Shown: positions 1 to 10,073, numbered from the stretch's first letter. The stretch: 51,934 nt of DNA from Desulfobacterales bacterium (GCA_020345745.1 CP070768.1:3347395-3399328), one strand, 5' to 3'. Notes: a model not told the origin generated them from the sequence alone. Numbers and translations are program-made.

Positions 1-371
1 AAATAAGGAGAGCCATAGTGCTTTGATCCTTTGCAATTTATTCAAGATTGTTTTTTACATAATAGCCTTAAACAAAGTATAAGATCGAAATGTTTATGGT
101 CAATAAAATAAGGTAGAGTATAAGGCCAGAACGGTGGAGGTCCTGTTCTTTGGTTTATCAACAAGGGGAGCACGGTCAATTCGTTTGTACCTTGCATAGA
201 GAAAGTTGTGCCGGAAATTGCAAGATTTAAAACCGATACAGCTCTTTTTGAACAGCCTCTGAACCTTCTTTGCAGACTGATACATCGCTGCTATGGGTAA
301 GGTCCAAGTTCACCCGACGCCTTTGGACCGCACCGGAAAAGTGATGAAGTGACACACCTGGTTAGTACTTT

Positions 372-704
372 TCAGTACCTATTCACTCCCGTAATATCAT
401 GCACCTGTAATAGGGTCATACCTGCTAAAAGAATTCTAGCATCAACTTTCGCTAGCTGATCGGGTTCAAGCCGCATTGTTAATCCAACTTGTGGTATTAC
501 TTTCGTGAGTAATTTCCCGAAAATATTTTTTGGTTCCTGTTGTATTTTTTCCGAAAGACTCTCATTGGCTATTATACCGATCAGATGGTCATTGGACACG
601 AGTGCATAACTGTCTGGCAGTGCGGTAAATATCTCACGAAAAAAAGCCTCTTTCCGGCTTGAGGGATCTATGATTCGTCCGATTTCCAGCATATTTTCTC
701 CCAA
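372..704 (-). pseudogene. PAS-like sensory-domain fragment / hypothetical protein
   Basis: Short ORF with a PAS-like pattern (IFTALPD..ALV...IANES..EK..Q.P..I.GK.L..V.P) and no output domain. Confidence 0.35.
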
Positions 705-759
705 TATTTTCCAACGAAACCCTCTCTATAACCTCTGTTGTGTAGCGCTGTCATTGATA

Positions 760-1293
760 TTATATAGCCAACGTGGTTTGCTCTCCTTCATTAAACTCAT
801 CCCGGTATTTTACAATTCCAGACACTGTCTTCATTAATGACTCATCTAAGATGTTTACCATAAAAACGTCATCCGGAACCCCTTCCCATTGGCTTTTTAA
901 ACCATATTTTGATGCTCGTTGAAACCCAAATCGTGGATAATATTTTTCATGACCAAGCACGGTTACAAACGGACATGTTGTATTTTTAATACATCGAAGT
1001 CCTTCTTTTACGAGTTTAGTGCCAATCCCCTGGTTTTGTAATTCTGGTGAGACAGACATTGGGGCAAGGCCCATTCCTTCAATAATGCTGCCCTGCATTT
1101 CTATCGTTACCGGGCTGAACATAATATGCCCTACTATCTGATTATTTGAGACTGCAACAAGCGATAGTATGCCATTACATGATATTCGCAACTTATCGAC
1201 GATGCGCCCCTCTTCGGGTTGACCAAACGCTTTATCGTTTAACACGCGTACGTCATCAATATCTTCAGGTCGCTCAAAACGTATTTCAACCAC
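760..1293 (-). CDS. GNAT N-acetyltransferase (YhbS-like)
   Basis: GHIMFSPV, LAPMSVSPELQNQGIG acetyl-CoA motif, VLGHEKYYPRFGF; GGAGG RBS. Confidence 0.9.
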   Translation of the reverse strand: MVEIRFERPEDIDDVRVLNDKAFGQPEEGRIVDKLRISCNGILSLVAVSNNQIVGHIMFSPVTIEMQGSIIEGMGLAPMSVSPELQNQGIGTKLVKEGLRCIKNTTCPFVTVLGHEKYYPRFGFQRASKYGLKSQWEGVPDDVFMVNILDESLMKTVSGIVKYRDEFNEGEQTTLAI

Positions 1294-1402
1294 TGATCCA
1301 TTCCTCCCCCAGAGTAACCATAGTCATACAAAATTGAATACACTTAATGTTCTTTAAAGTCCTCATTGCTTAATGTCCGAGATAAATTGATTGGACGTTT
1401 CA

Positions 1403-1770
1403 TTCATCCTCCCATTCATCAAATAGAGCATCTGCAACAGATTTCACTTTGTCGATCCGGTCAGACACCTTTTTGCTGCCATCTCACTATCTTCATACTC
1501 TGAATTTAACTTAACATAGGCATGCTTCAGATTGCTGTTTTCAATTTGGACAACTGCGCCAAATTGTTCCAGAGCAGATTTAAACTGCTCTTGGGCTTCT
1601 GTTTGGGCGTCTCGGGCATCCTCCACCCGATCGACAAGAATATCCCGTTTGTGGATACCCACCTTTTCCATAGCGCCATAATATGCCTTGGAGCATCCCC
1701 CGAGAAAGGGAGCCAGCAGAACAGCAATCAGAATCAATTGAACAAGCATCAGGTTTGTGTTTTTGGCCAT
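1403..1770 (-). pseudogene. DUF2959-family lipoprotein, frameshifted and truncated
   Basis: Lipobox LGGC, YYGAMEKVGIHKRDILVDRVE; homology continues in another frame (VSDRIDKVKSVADALFDEWEDE*) after the A-run near 1470, then stops. Confidence 0.75.
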
Positions 1771-1971
1771 GTGTTCCTCTCTATGGTGCCCTTATCTTTG
1801 GTCATCGCTAAAAGAATCACCCTGCGAATTGTGTGAGTTAATTAGAACCTATCTCAAAAAGTATTCTTCTCTAATCCATGACAGCTCTCGCCAATATTGA
1901 CACTATCAATAAAACGACTGCATTACAGATTTCATAAATGACGGCTGTCAAGTCAAACCCGCCTGTCACAA

Positions 1972-2508
1972 TTAAACGGGTTTTGAATAACCGCCGCCTA
2001 AAACCGTAAATAGAATCATAAGAATTATCGCTTGAATGACCCAACCAATTATACAGACGCCGACTGCTCGTAATGTGCTGTGATAATCCAGAGCTTGCCT
2101 TACAGCAATAACCATGGCCACCAACATCCAAACTGAAGCGATCATAAAAATGATTCCGCCTATTCCCGGTATAATAGCCAATATCCTTAGCAAGCCTGGA
2201 GAGCTTGAGAATCCGATGGTTCGTAATAGTTCACCATGGTCGGCTTTGGTCTGAGGTTCAGGAAGGATTTTAGCACCAACAAAATATGTAATATAGGCCC
2301 AAATATACCATGCGATAAGCGCGGTGATTGCACCGAAAATGACTCCCTTTATTCCTATCGCTCCTATGCTGCCGATTCCGGCTGCTACACTAGAGAGCAC
2401 AACAACACCCATGGCCTGGCTCATCGCACCTTTATCAGCCTCTACTTCTTCATATAGGTTAACATCGAGTTTGGCTGCTCGAACGATTCGATCTATATAT
2501 AATTGCAT
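1972..2508 (-). CDS. Yip1-family membrane protein
   Basis: About 5 TM segments, YEEVEAD and AVRQALDY motifs; ATG start preferred over upstream TTG. Confidence 0.8.
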   Translation of the reverse strand: MQLYIDRIVRAAKLDVNLYEEVEADKGAMSQAMGVVVLSSVAAGIGSIGAIGIKGVIFGAITALIAWYIWAYITYFVGAKILPEPQTKADHGELLRTIGFSSSPGLLRILAIIPGIGGIIFMIASVWMLVAMVIAVRQALDYHSTLRAVGVCIIGWVIQAIILMILFTVLGGGYSKPV

Positions 2509-2990
2509 TTTTACCCCCAACATTTATTTAATTCGAAATTGTTTGCTCCGAATGGTTCGTAACCATCATTTCTATTATTTCTGAAAGACGACAAATTATA
2601 AAAGTGAAAATTGCGGCAAATACCGGTTTTTACACCATGGTTTTAAATGAAGTATAAGATCGAAGCATATTTGGTCAACAAAAATGATTGCACCGGACCA
2701 CAGGCATCCAGAACGCAGAGCAGTACAAAAAACAATCCACAGAATGGATCCAAACATGACAGATTCGGTCCAAGCGTTTGCCTATCAAACCATCAAGTAG
2801 AACAACCTTATCATTTGTCTACTTGGTATGAATATTGAGATATAGTCAAGGAAAAACTATTGGGCCAGATCATACAGCAAGGGAAAAACAGGTTAAGGTC
2901 GAAGCAGGGAATGGTGGGATATTGTTCTAGGGCTCACTTGCTGAGTCAAGGTAGATATTGGAGCATCAATCATAGGGGTGCATTATACTA

Positions 2991-3241
2991 TAAAATCGTG
3001 TCACGATTTTATTTAACGCGACGTTGTCGCTGCTAAGGCGAACGGCTAACATTCCTATCCCTGCAGCAAGCTGCAGGGATAGGAATGCCTACCTCACTTT
3101 CGCTAACAATTGTTTTCTGACTACAAAATTATTTATGATGGCTTTAGTGCTCTAAACAAACATTATACTGATATGTTGCTTTAAATAATTCCTTTTCTTT
3201 CATTTGAATATATCCCTCGCTGCCAGCAGCGGGGAATTCAA
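2991..3241. mobile_element. Non-autonomous hairpin-ended element (REP / IS200-IS605-end-like)
   Basis: Palindrome 2991-3011; perfect 18-bp-arm hairpin 3050-3087; second GC hairpin ~3211-3240; 3164-3241 recurs inverted at 51812-51890. Confidence 0.6.
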
Positions 3242-3267
3242 CTTTCAAGAAGCCAATTCTCAAAAGA

Positions 3268-3308
3268 CAAAGGGCACCCGCAAATATATGCCGGGATACC
3301 CTTTTTTT
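3268..3308 (-). terminator. Probable intrinsic terminator of csp gene
   Basis: AAAGGG.ACCCG / CGGGAT.CCCTTTT stem just after the csp stop. Confidence 0.55.
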
Positions 3309-3322
3309 AGAGAAACAGACGT

Positions 3323-3523
3323 TTAGTTTACAGTGACATTGGCTGCAGCTGGACCTTTGGGTCCTTGCTCTATGTCAAAGGAAACTCGGTCGCCTTCATT
3401 GAGGGATTTAAAACCGCTTCCGTTGATGGCTGAATGATGAACAAACACATCCGGACCATCTTCCTGTTCAATAAACCCGAACCCTTTTCGGTCGTTAAAC
3501 CACTTAACAGTTCCATTGGTCAT
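3323..3523 (-). CDS. cspA: Cold-shock protein (CspA family)
   Basis: GTVKWFN..KGFGFI (RNP1), DVFVH (RNP2); GGAGG RBS. Confidence 0.97.
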   Translation of the reverse strand: MTNGTVKWFNDRKGFGFIEQEDGPDVFVHHSAINGSGFKSLNEGDRVSFDIEQGPKGPAAANVTVN

Positions 3524-3889
3524 GATAACATCCTCCTTTCAAAAAATTTTCAAAATCTTAAACTGGAGGATGCCACATTAAAAAAATGAACCCTTCCTTC
3601 AGAAAAAAATCGCCCCACCAATTGAGGGCGGGGCCTTGTTGAATAAAGAAATAATAACACGCCTTGTGGCGAAAGCAAGCAAATTATTTATTTTTTTATA
3701 AATATGTACATAATGACCTTAAAAATAACATTTTAGATCGATCAGGGGCGGTTATCATTCTCGCCCTTCCCTTCCTGGGTCAGGCCCTCAGGCCTGACAG
3801 CCAGATTTCGAAATTACGGCGTGAAGCTTCTTGTAGCTTTTGCGCATCGTTTCTTGGCGAAACGAAACGTAAAATTGCAACCGGAAACT

Positions 3890-4056
3890 TCAGTGTAATA
3901 TTTAAAGACGTGGAAATTCCACCCCTTCCTGCTGCCGTAAATAGGCTGGTTGTCGAGATCAACAAGACCGAGCCCGATATAAACAAACTGGTAATGCTGA
4001 TATCATCTACCACAGCAATCGCTGCAAAGGTGATTAAAACGGTTATCCGAGCTTGA
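3890..4056 (+). pseudogene. HDOD-domain N-terminal fragment
   Basis: EIPPLPAAVNRL...PDINKL..LISS..AIAAKVIK.V resembles the start of HDOD; stops after ~50 aa. Confidence 0.6.
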
Positions 4057-4129
4057 GCGCGAGCTTTTTGGTTGGGATCACGCACAGGCGGGTGCTTGGA
4101 TTGTACAGTCTTGGGAGTTCCCAGAGGAA

Positions 4130-4465
4130 ATGGTCTGCTATCTCGGTGCTCACAACCTTTCAATAGACAAAATCCACGAATACGGACTTAATGATACGGC
4201 TGTTGTTCCAATTGCTGCGGCTTCCGCCCTGATCGCAGCAATGGGGTATCTTGAAACTCCCTTTCAGTTTGTTGGGATGATAGGCGCTGTAATACTTCTC
4301 ATCTGCGAAGCTATTCTTTTCAACCGGATTATTGGTGGCCTACCGTATCCAATATGGAAGGCTGATCCAAAAGTTGCTCGAAACTTTGGTATACTGGCTG
4401 GAATTCCCGATACCGAAACGACCTTCTGGCGGCACTTTACCGTTAAGATTTTTCAACGCCGCTAA
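4130..4465 (+). CDS. Hypothetical membrane protein, possibly a fragment
   Basis: Two hydrophobic segments; no family recognised. Confidence 0.35.
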   Translation: MVCYLGAHNLSIDKIHEYGLNDTAVVPIAAASALIAAMGYLETPFQFVGMIGAVILLICEAILFNRIIGGLPYPIWKADPKVARNFGILAGIPDTETTFWRHFTVKIFQRR

Positions 4466-4549
4466 TATGAATATTTTAATCGCACATCAGTGAAAGATAT
4501 GGGAAACGCTCTAGCATAAATGTTCCTTAATAATTCTGAAAAAAAGTTC

Positions 4550-4597
4550 TTGACACGGCGATCGATGTAATGTAGTATTTTAGCTATAACTTAAGTG
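4550..4597 (+). promoter_or_regulatory. Sigma70 promoter of arsR with adjacent ArsR-type operator
   Basis: TTGACA (4550-4555), 17 bp, TAGTAT (4573-4578); TTTAG-N6-CTTAA imperfect inverted repeat directly downstream. Confidence 0.7.
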
Positions 4598-4607
4598 GTT
4601 GGTTGTC

Positions 4608-5015
4608 ATGGAATCCAAAAAAGCCGAATTATTTAAAGTTTTAAGTGTTGAAACCCGCATCAGGATCATCGAGCTGTTGAAGCAGAAAGGCCCACTGGGC
4701 GCGAACGAAATGTCCGAGATGCTGGGAGTCACGCCTTCTGCTGTTTCACAACATCTCAAGATTTTAAAATACGCGGGGTTGGTTCGGAATGAGCGGAAAG
4801 GGTATTGGATACCCTATGAAGTAGACCCGGTTGCGCTTGAAAAATGCGGGGAACTTCTTTCCACAGTTTGCACTTGCGGGTGTGAAGGGACCGGGCAATT
4901 TCGCGAGGCTGAATTGAACGAGGCCGAAGATAAAGTTGCCGTTTTGATGAAATACGAGAAAGAGCTTCAGGAGGAGTTGCAGAGAGTACGAACGAGAATC
5001 GAAGATCTGAAATAG
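4608..5015 (+). CDS. ArsR/SmtB-family regulator with C-terminal Cys cluster and coiled coil
   Basis: LFKVLS..TRIRII.LL, SAVSQHLKIL..AGLV..ERKG; CxxxxxxxCTCGC. Confidence 0.92.
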   Translation: MESKKAELFKVLSVETRIRIIELLKQKGPLGANEMSEMLGVTPSAVSQHLKILKYAGLVRNERKGYWIPYEVDPVALEKCGELLSTVCTCGCEGTGQFREAELNEAEDKVAVLMKYEKELQEELQRVRTRIEDLK

Positions 5016-5048
5016 GCGGTATGGGCCTCTCTTTTTTTACCTTTTTAA

Positions 5049-5064
5049 TTTAGTATCTACTAAA
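5049..5064. promoter_or_regulatory. Second ArsR-type operator upstream of the acyl-CoA dehydrogenase
   Basis: TTTAGT-ATCT-ACTAAA inverted repeat matching the site upstream of arsR. Confidence 0.55.
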
Positions 5065-5103
5065 CAACTTAATAAATATGACCACTGAAAGGGGGAAAAT
5101 GAA

Positions 5104-6255
5104 TTGGAACATAAAACTAGCTTTCTCGGTGATTATCAAGAATCAAGGACGCTCGCACAACAAATCGCCAAAAACCACATTGCACCTGATGCTCCAGAGC
5201 GTGACCTAAACCACACCTTTCCTTCAGAGTGTATTCGCATTTTAGGCGAAACGGGTTTTATGGGACTGATTGTCTCAGAAGACCACGGCGGTTTTGGAGC
5301 CGGAAGGGTTGGTTTCACATCTGTCGTTGAAGAGATATCGAAGGCATGTGCTTCGACTGCCCTTGTCTTGGTCTCCCACGCGATAGTGACTAAGGCGATC
5401 GAGCTCGCTGCTGATAAAACCGTAGCAAAAAGATGGCTTTCGGATATGGTCAAAGGCCATTCTCTTGGTGCATTTGCCGTTCATGAGCCTGATAGCGGCA
5501 GCAACGCCGGAGCCATTACGACTCGAGCTGTTAAGGATGGTGATCTCTATATCGTGAACGGTTCCAAGTTCTTCATCACGTCAGCCGGAGAGGCCGACCT
5601 CTACCTGGTTCTTGTCAGAACTGCATCCGAAAAGAGCCCACAGGGGATGAGTACGATTCTTATTGAAAAGGATAATCCCGGCCTTGCGTTTGGTCGCCTT
5701 GAAAATAAAATGGGCCTTACGAGCACTTCCTCAAGGGAAATGTTCTTTAACGATTGCCGGGTGCCTTCAAAAAACCTCATAGGCAAAGAAAGTGAAGGAT
5801 CACAAGTCATTGGGCAGACGGTTGTTGGATGGGGTTTTTTTGGAGCTGCTGCGATATCAGCGGGCATTGCTAATTTAACCAAGGAACTTTCGATCAAGCA
5901 TGCCAAAGAGCGAATGATAGCCGGACAGCCGATTGGCGTTCATCAGGCAGTTCAATTCATGATATCAGATATGATTCTTGGATACGAAGCATCGGAATCA
6001 TTATTGATGTCTTGCGCAGCTAAGGCAGACGCTTCACCCGACACGGCAGCTATTAACGGATTCAAGGCCAAGCTGTTCGCATCCGAGGTGGCTGTCGACG
6101 CAACCCATAAAGCAATACAAGTTTTAGGAGGCCATGGGTATTGCAGAGACTACGTCGTTGAACGTCTTTTTCGAGATGCTCGTGGTTTGATGCTACATTT
6201 CAAAACATCGGAATGGCTCCGGCAAGACATTGCCAAGGCCGCATTAGGATTGTGA
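5104..6255 (+). CDS. Acyl-CoA dehydrogenase-family flavoprotein
   Basis: EPDSGSN, NGSKFFITS, KMGL, IQVLGGHGY, ERLFRDAR motifs. Confidence 0.92.
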   Translation: MEHKTSFLGDYQESRTLAQQIAKNHIAPDAPERDLNHTFPSECIRILGETGFMGLIVSEDHGGFGAGRVGFTSVVEEISKACASTALVLVSHAIVTKAIELAADKTVAKRWLSDMVKGHSLGAFAVHEPDSGSNAGAITTRAVKDGDLYIVNGSKFFITSAGEADLYLVLVRTASEKSPQGMSTILIEKDNPGLAFGRLENKMGLTSTSSREMFFNDCRVPSKNLIGKESEGSQVIGQTVVGWGFFGAAAISAGIANLTKELSIKHAKERMIAGQPIGVHQAVQFMISDMILGYEASESLLMSCAAKADASPDTAAINGFKAKLFASEVAVDATHKAIQVLGGHGYCRDYVVERLFRDARGLMLHFKTSEWLRQDIAKAALGL

Positions 6256-6342
6256 AGTGATTTACAACCCAGCAAAGTTTAAGTGACAACTCTCAAATGG
6301 TAGAAGAGTGCGTCGATTTTGTTAGGAAAGGAGGTGAAAAAA

Positions 6343-6453
6343 ATGACTGATAAAAAAGATAGCGATTGCGGGTGTGGCTGTCTGCCTAAGGGTAAAAAAG
6401 ACACCGCGACGTCAAGGCCCAAGGTTAAGACTTCTGAAAAACCCAAGCGCTAA
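6343..6453 (+). CDS. 36-aa CGCGC microprotein (MTDKKDSDCGCGCLPKGKK...)
   Basis: AAGGAGGTGA RBS 6 nt upstream of the ATG; followed by a hairpin; below the ORF-track size cut-off. Confidence 0.7.
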   Translation: MTDKKDSDCGCGCLPKGKKDTATSRPKVKTSEKPKR

Positions 6454-6477
6454 TTGATTTCGAAGTATTTCTTTGTT

Positions 6478-6516
6478 AACCGGGGTTGGCGAAGGTAGCT
6501 TCTCCTACCCCGGTTG
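6478..6516 (+). terminator. Hairpin closing the arsR operon
   Basis: AACCGGGGT...ACCCCGGTT stem. Confidence 0.5.
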
Positions 6517-6670
6517 CCCTTCAATCAAATCATCTGATAAATCAATCTTACTAGCGCCTTTTAAATAGCACCTTGCATCGATTAGAACCTGGGAAATGAA
6601 CTGATATCAAATATCTTTGCCCCGCGCCGACGCTGTAATAGAAAGCTGCTGATTTTCGATAAACTATCGA

Positions 6671-6997
6671 TCATTTTTCGCCGTTTCGAGACAACTTGCG
6701 CCTATAGGCGATAAGCAAGGAAATTAAGCTGGCTGCTAAAATGCCATTTAAGCATCGATTCATCCTTGCCTCTGTTCCCTTTACCATACGATTGACATCT
6801 TCGTATGCCACAATGACCTGATTGTGATGAATCAGCTCCCAGATGTAGAACGTTTTACCGCTGATAAGTTCACCCCTGTTTAACTTGTTCCTCTCGGCGA
6901 GGACCTGCACACGATCTTCCGGGCGGATACGCTCCATACCAGGCCAAACCTTTCCGTAATAGGACGAATAATGGAACTCGCTTAGAATAAGTAACAC
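6671..6997 (-). CDS. Hypothetical membrane-anchored protein, probably a 3' fragment
   Basis: C-terminal TM segment plus basic tail; poor start context. Confidence 0.4.
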   Translation of the reverse strand: MLLILSEFHYSSYYGKVWPGMERIRPEDRVQVLAERNKLNRGELISGKTFYIWELIHHNQVIVAYEDVNRMVKGTEARMNRCLNGILAASLISLLIAYRRKLSRNGEK

Positions 6998-7290
6998 TGA
7001 TTCTTTGATGCCACCCGGCTTGTTTCTTAATACCTGAAATCAGAAAGTGATCTTTATGTCCTATAGTCGGATTAGACAGCAGCCTTATCTACTGTCTCTT
7101 TTTCGAATGGATCGAACGACAGCCATCAAGGCAAGAAGTGATCGTTCGCTCGACACTATCGCAATTGCTCAGCACGATCGTCAACAGAGAAAGGGGTACG
7201 ACAAAAAATGAGCGGAACACTGACAAAATTCCACCTCCTACCAGCTGCCAATAATTCAGGTTACAAATATCGCATGGTATCCGCAGCAAA

Positions 7291-7725
7291 TCATAACGGG
7301 TGATCCTTCTCAAGCCGCTTTCCCATACTTACAACGTCATCGATATTGAAACCTAGGCGTTTGTAGAACGCGATGACATCTACATTTGATGCCCTAACTT
7401 GCAGGTTGATCTTGGGGCAGCCAGCAATTCGCAGTAGCCTTTCAGCCTCCTTCATCATACAAGTGGCCAAACCGCGCCTCTGATAAGCAGGGGCAATCGC
7501 AAGATAGTTGATCCAGCCACGATGGCCGTCATAACCTGCCATGCATGTCCCGATGATGCTGCCATCTCCTTCCCCCACCAAGAACCACTCTGGATTCACC
7601 TTCAGTTTTCTTTGGATGTCCTGTTTTGGGTTGTTATGTGGCACGATTAGGTTGCATTCTAACCAGAGATTTATGACATCCCCTTCATCCTCTGGATCAT
7701 ATTGTCGAATAATAAGATCATTCAT
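7291..7725 (-). CDS. GNAT acetyltransferase (YpeA-like)
   Basis: MAGYDGHRGWINYLA, GCPKINLQVR, FYKRLGF...SMGKRL. Confidence 0.92.
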   Translation of the reverse strand: MNDLIIRQYDPEDEGDVINLWLECNLIVPHNNPKQDIQRKLKVNPEWFLVGEGDGSIIGTCMAGYDGHRGWINYLAIAPAYQRRGLATCMMKEAERLLRIAGCPKINLQVRASNVDVIAFYKRLGFNIDDVVSMGKRLEKDHPL

Positions 7726-7839
7726 CTGTTATCACTCTAAGCTTACTATTTTATTAAGAATAATAGATTCTTAATATATATTTCCTAAAGCAGAACCTTA
7801 TCTGATTCCTAACAGTTACATATACCAGAAACAGCAAAA

Positions 7840-7987
7840 GGTAAGCCATCGCAAAAACGCAGATCACGACTTTCAACGAACTGCGAGCCGATGAAAAAGC
7901 GCAGCATAAACCGCAGGGTAAGCATGTTGGAACGGCACGCAACACTGCTGGTATTGGGCGTTAGATTGGTTTGTAAGATGGCTTGTA
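7840..7987. mobile_element. MITE (~148 bp), degenerate copy of the element at 45603-45749
   Basis: TIR AAGCCATC.CAAAAA / AGATGGCTTGTA; shared internal GCCGATGAAA.AGCGCAGCATA and CGCAACAC..ATTGGGCGTTAGAT. Confidence 0.8.
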
Positions 7988-8121
7988 ATAGATCCTGATT
8001 ATCCCATGGAAAACTGAATGAATATAAAAAAGGCTGTATCAGGATCTGATAGGACAGATTTTCTTTGATAGGGAATGCGTTGTGTTGCCCTTTCCTTTGT
8101 CTTAATATCCGCTATGTCAAT

Positions 8122-8451
8122 TTAAGTGCCTCTTAAGGTCATAATTTGGCAATCTCTGTTGAAACGAATCGCCATGCCTTCTGGTGTCGAACGCACCATG
8201 TCTCCTTCAAATTCTATAAAACACCTCGCATCCATCGTCAGCTCACAAACACAGTTACCCGGGATGGTGAGACTTAGAAGAAACCGTGTGTCTTCTGGAA
8301 CAAGGGGCGGCTCCTTGGTATAGATGAATGCGCTTTCGGCAGATAGGTCTTTGGTTTCAACATCAAATAGCTTTTTTCCATCTGACATTATGGCTTCCAT
8401 CGTTGCGGGTAGGGAAGCTGGATACCTTTTAAATTGACGTCGTTCGTTCAT
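8122..8451 (-). CDS. Single-domain PilZ protein
   Basis: ERRQFKR (RxxxR), DLSAES (DxSxxG variant), VRSTPEGMAIRF. Confidence 0.85.
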   Translation of the reverse strand: MNERRQFKRYPASLPATMEAIMSDGKKLFDVETKDLSAESAFIYTKEPPLVPEDTRFLLSLTIPGNCVCELTMDARCFIEFEGDMVRSTPEGMAIRFNRDCQIMTLRGT

Positions 8452-8573
8452 TGTTAACTCCCTTGTTGAATATTTTGGGTTTGGTTATTGCTAATATTTC
8501 TTTAAAATGTCTCTTCGCTTAAATTGAAATAAGATTGATCCGTTATTTAATGCCTTTTTTGATTCAATAATAG

Positions 8574-8588
8574 GCACCTGTCATGCCA
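8574..8588 (-). promoter_or_regulatory. Sigma54 -24/-12 promoter upstream of the PilZ gene
   Basis: TGGCATGACAGGTGC = GG-N10-GC. Confidence 0.6.
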
Positions 8589-8780
8589 AAATGGAGATTA
8601 ATAAGTTAATTAGTGCTGCTAAAAAGTTAGATTCTTACACCTCAAATTCAAATATTAGTGAGCATATGAAAAGTGACATGGTTTTGACCGAGCCCGTCAT
8701 GATTACTTTCCATAGATTAAATATAAAGCAGGCATTAAATCCGTATGGTTGTTATTATTCTTAAGTTTATAATATAATTT

Positions 8781-9153
8781 TGTCAAGCAAAATTATATAT
8801 AATTAATATATAATTTTATTGAATTAGGATATATTGCAGTTTATTAGATTAAATTACTACATTTTGTACGCCAAAACAGCAAAAAAGGGTGTAAAAATCG
8901 AACGATTCTATGACTCTGCTTATTTAGGTACCGCTAAAAAGTAAATCCATGAGAATGAATAATTTACGCCAATTCCATGAATTTTGGGTACAGCTCTCTG
9001 GTGAACCCAACCTGGATTTAGTTGGTGTGGACTTTGATTGAAAAACTAGGAAAGCAAAAAAGGGTAAAAACTGTCAAAAGGAGTTACCCTATTGAAAAAA
9101 TATGATCTCAAATATTTTAAATCCTTAATATTTTTGAGATCATAGAAAGCACA
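8781..9153. repeat. ~370-bp non-coding duplication, copy 1
   Basis: Colinear with 9689-10073; first ~75 bp nearly identical, including an AT-only palindrome; ends in the junction repeat. Confidence 0.85.
9054..9153 (-). repeat. Junction repeat copy A (hairpin + 52-bp site 9102-9153)
   Basis: AGGGTAA...TTACCCT hairpin; TATGATCTCAAA...TTTGAGATCATA inverted repeat. Confidence 0.75.
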
Positions 9154-9336
9154 GGTCATGGATTTAAGATTTCAGGCTTAAACAGCAAGTATTGTATGAT
9201 AGGCTAAATGCAAGCTATAAAGCTTAGACGGCAAGTTACAGCTTGATGCAGAGGTTCGCAGAATAAAAGTTTTACATCATGGGAACCGAATCCAGCTAGA
9301 GTGCCGATTCTAAAAAAGCGTCATCCAGAACCTAAT

Positions 9337-9594
9337 TTACACAACATAGTGGCCGTTAGTGTGTTGTAGTATATGAGGATATTGTACCTTAGGGTTAACC
9401 TTGTAACAATCAACGCACTTAATGAAATACGTATTAGAGAAACACCCCAATAAAGCGCCGCCATTTATGCCAAATCCTCCAGACGTAGATGTTATATTGA
9501 TGATCACATCGCTCCCACAGTCCGAACATTTACTTTTTATTACTTTTGGCTTTTTAGGGTTTATTTTAAATATTGTTTTTAACATTTCTACCAT
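9337..9594 (-). CDS. Small zinc-ribbon-like protein
   Basis: CSDC...CVDC pairs; GGAGG RBS. Confidence 0.65.
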   Translation of the reverse strand: MVEMLKTIFKINPKKPKVIKSKCSDCGSDVIINITSTSGGFGINGGALLGCFSNTYFIKCVDCYKVNPKVQYPHILQHTNGHYVV

Positions 9595-9688
9595 TAGTAG
9601 TTGCCTCCAACGATGTTTATTTATGCAATGACCTGAAAGAGAAAGGAGTCTATTATATTTATTATATCATGTATTTATTATTGGTTAG

Positions 9689-10073
9689 TGTCAAGCAAAA
9701 TTATATATAATTAATATATAATTTTATTGAATTAGAATATATTGTAGTTTATTAAATTAAATTACAATATATTGTGCGGTTGGAAATCAGGAAACTGAAT
9801 AAAATCGAATTTTCTATTACAATGCCTATTTAAGTACCTCTAAACAGTAAAACTTGATGGTTTAAATAATGACCAACAACTTTCTATGGGTTTTAGGTAC
9901 AACCCTTAGGTACAAAGTTCTGATAAACTCTGATAAGATTTATTGGGGATAGGCTCTAAGAGGAAAGTCAGAAAAGCAATAAGGAAAAACCCCCAAAAAG
10001 GATTTGCCCTTATTGAAAAACGATATCACAAATATTTTAGGCCGCTGATATTTACATTTTCATAGCAGTAATC
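9689..10073. repeat. ~385-bp non-coding duplication, copy 2, including junction repeat copy B (9976-10073)
   Basis: Matches 8781-9153; site GATATCACAAATATTTTAGGCC...CATAGCAGTAATC at 10022-10073. Confidence 0.85.

Noticed and set aside
100-360. Possible UGA-readthrough (selenoprotein) extension of the 61-aa ORF
   Set aside because: No recognisable family, redox motif or SECIS-like support.
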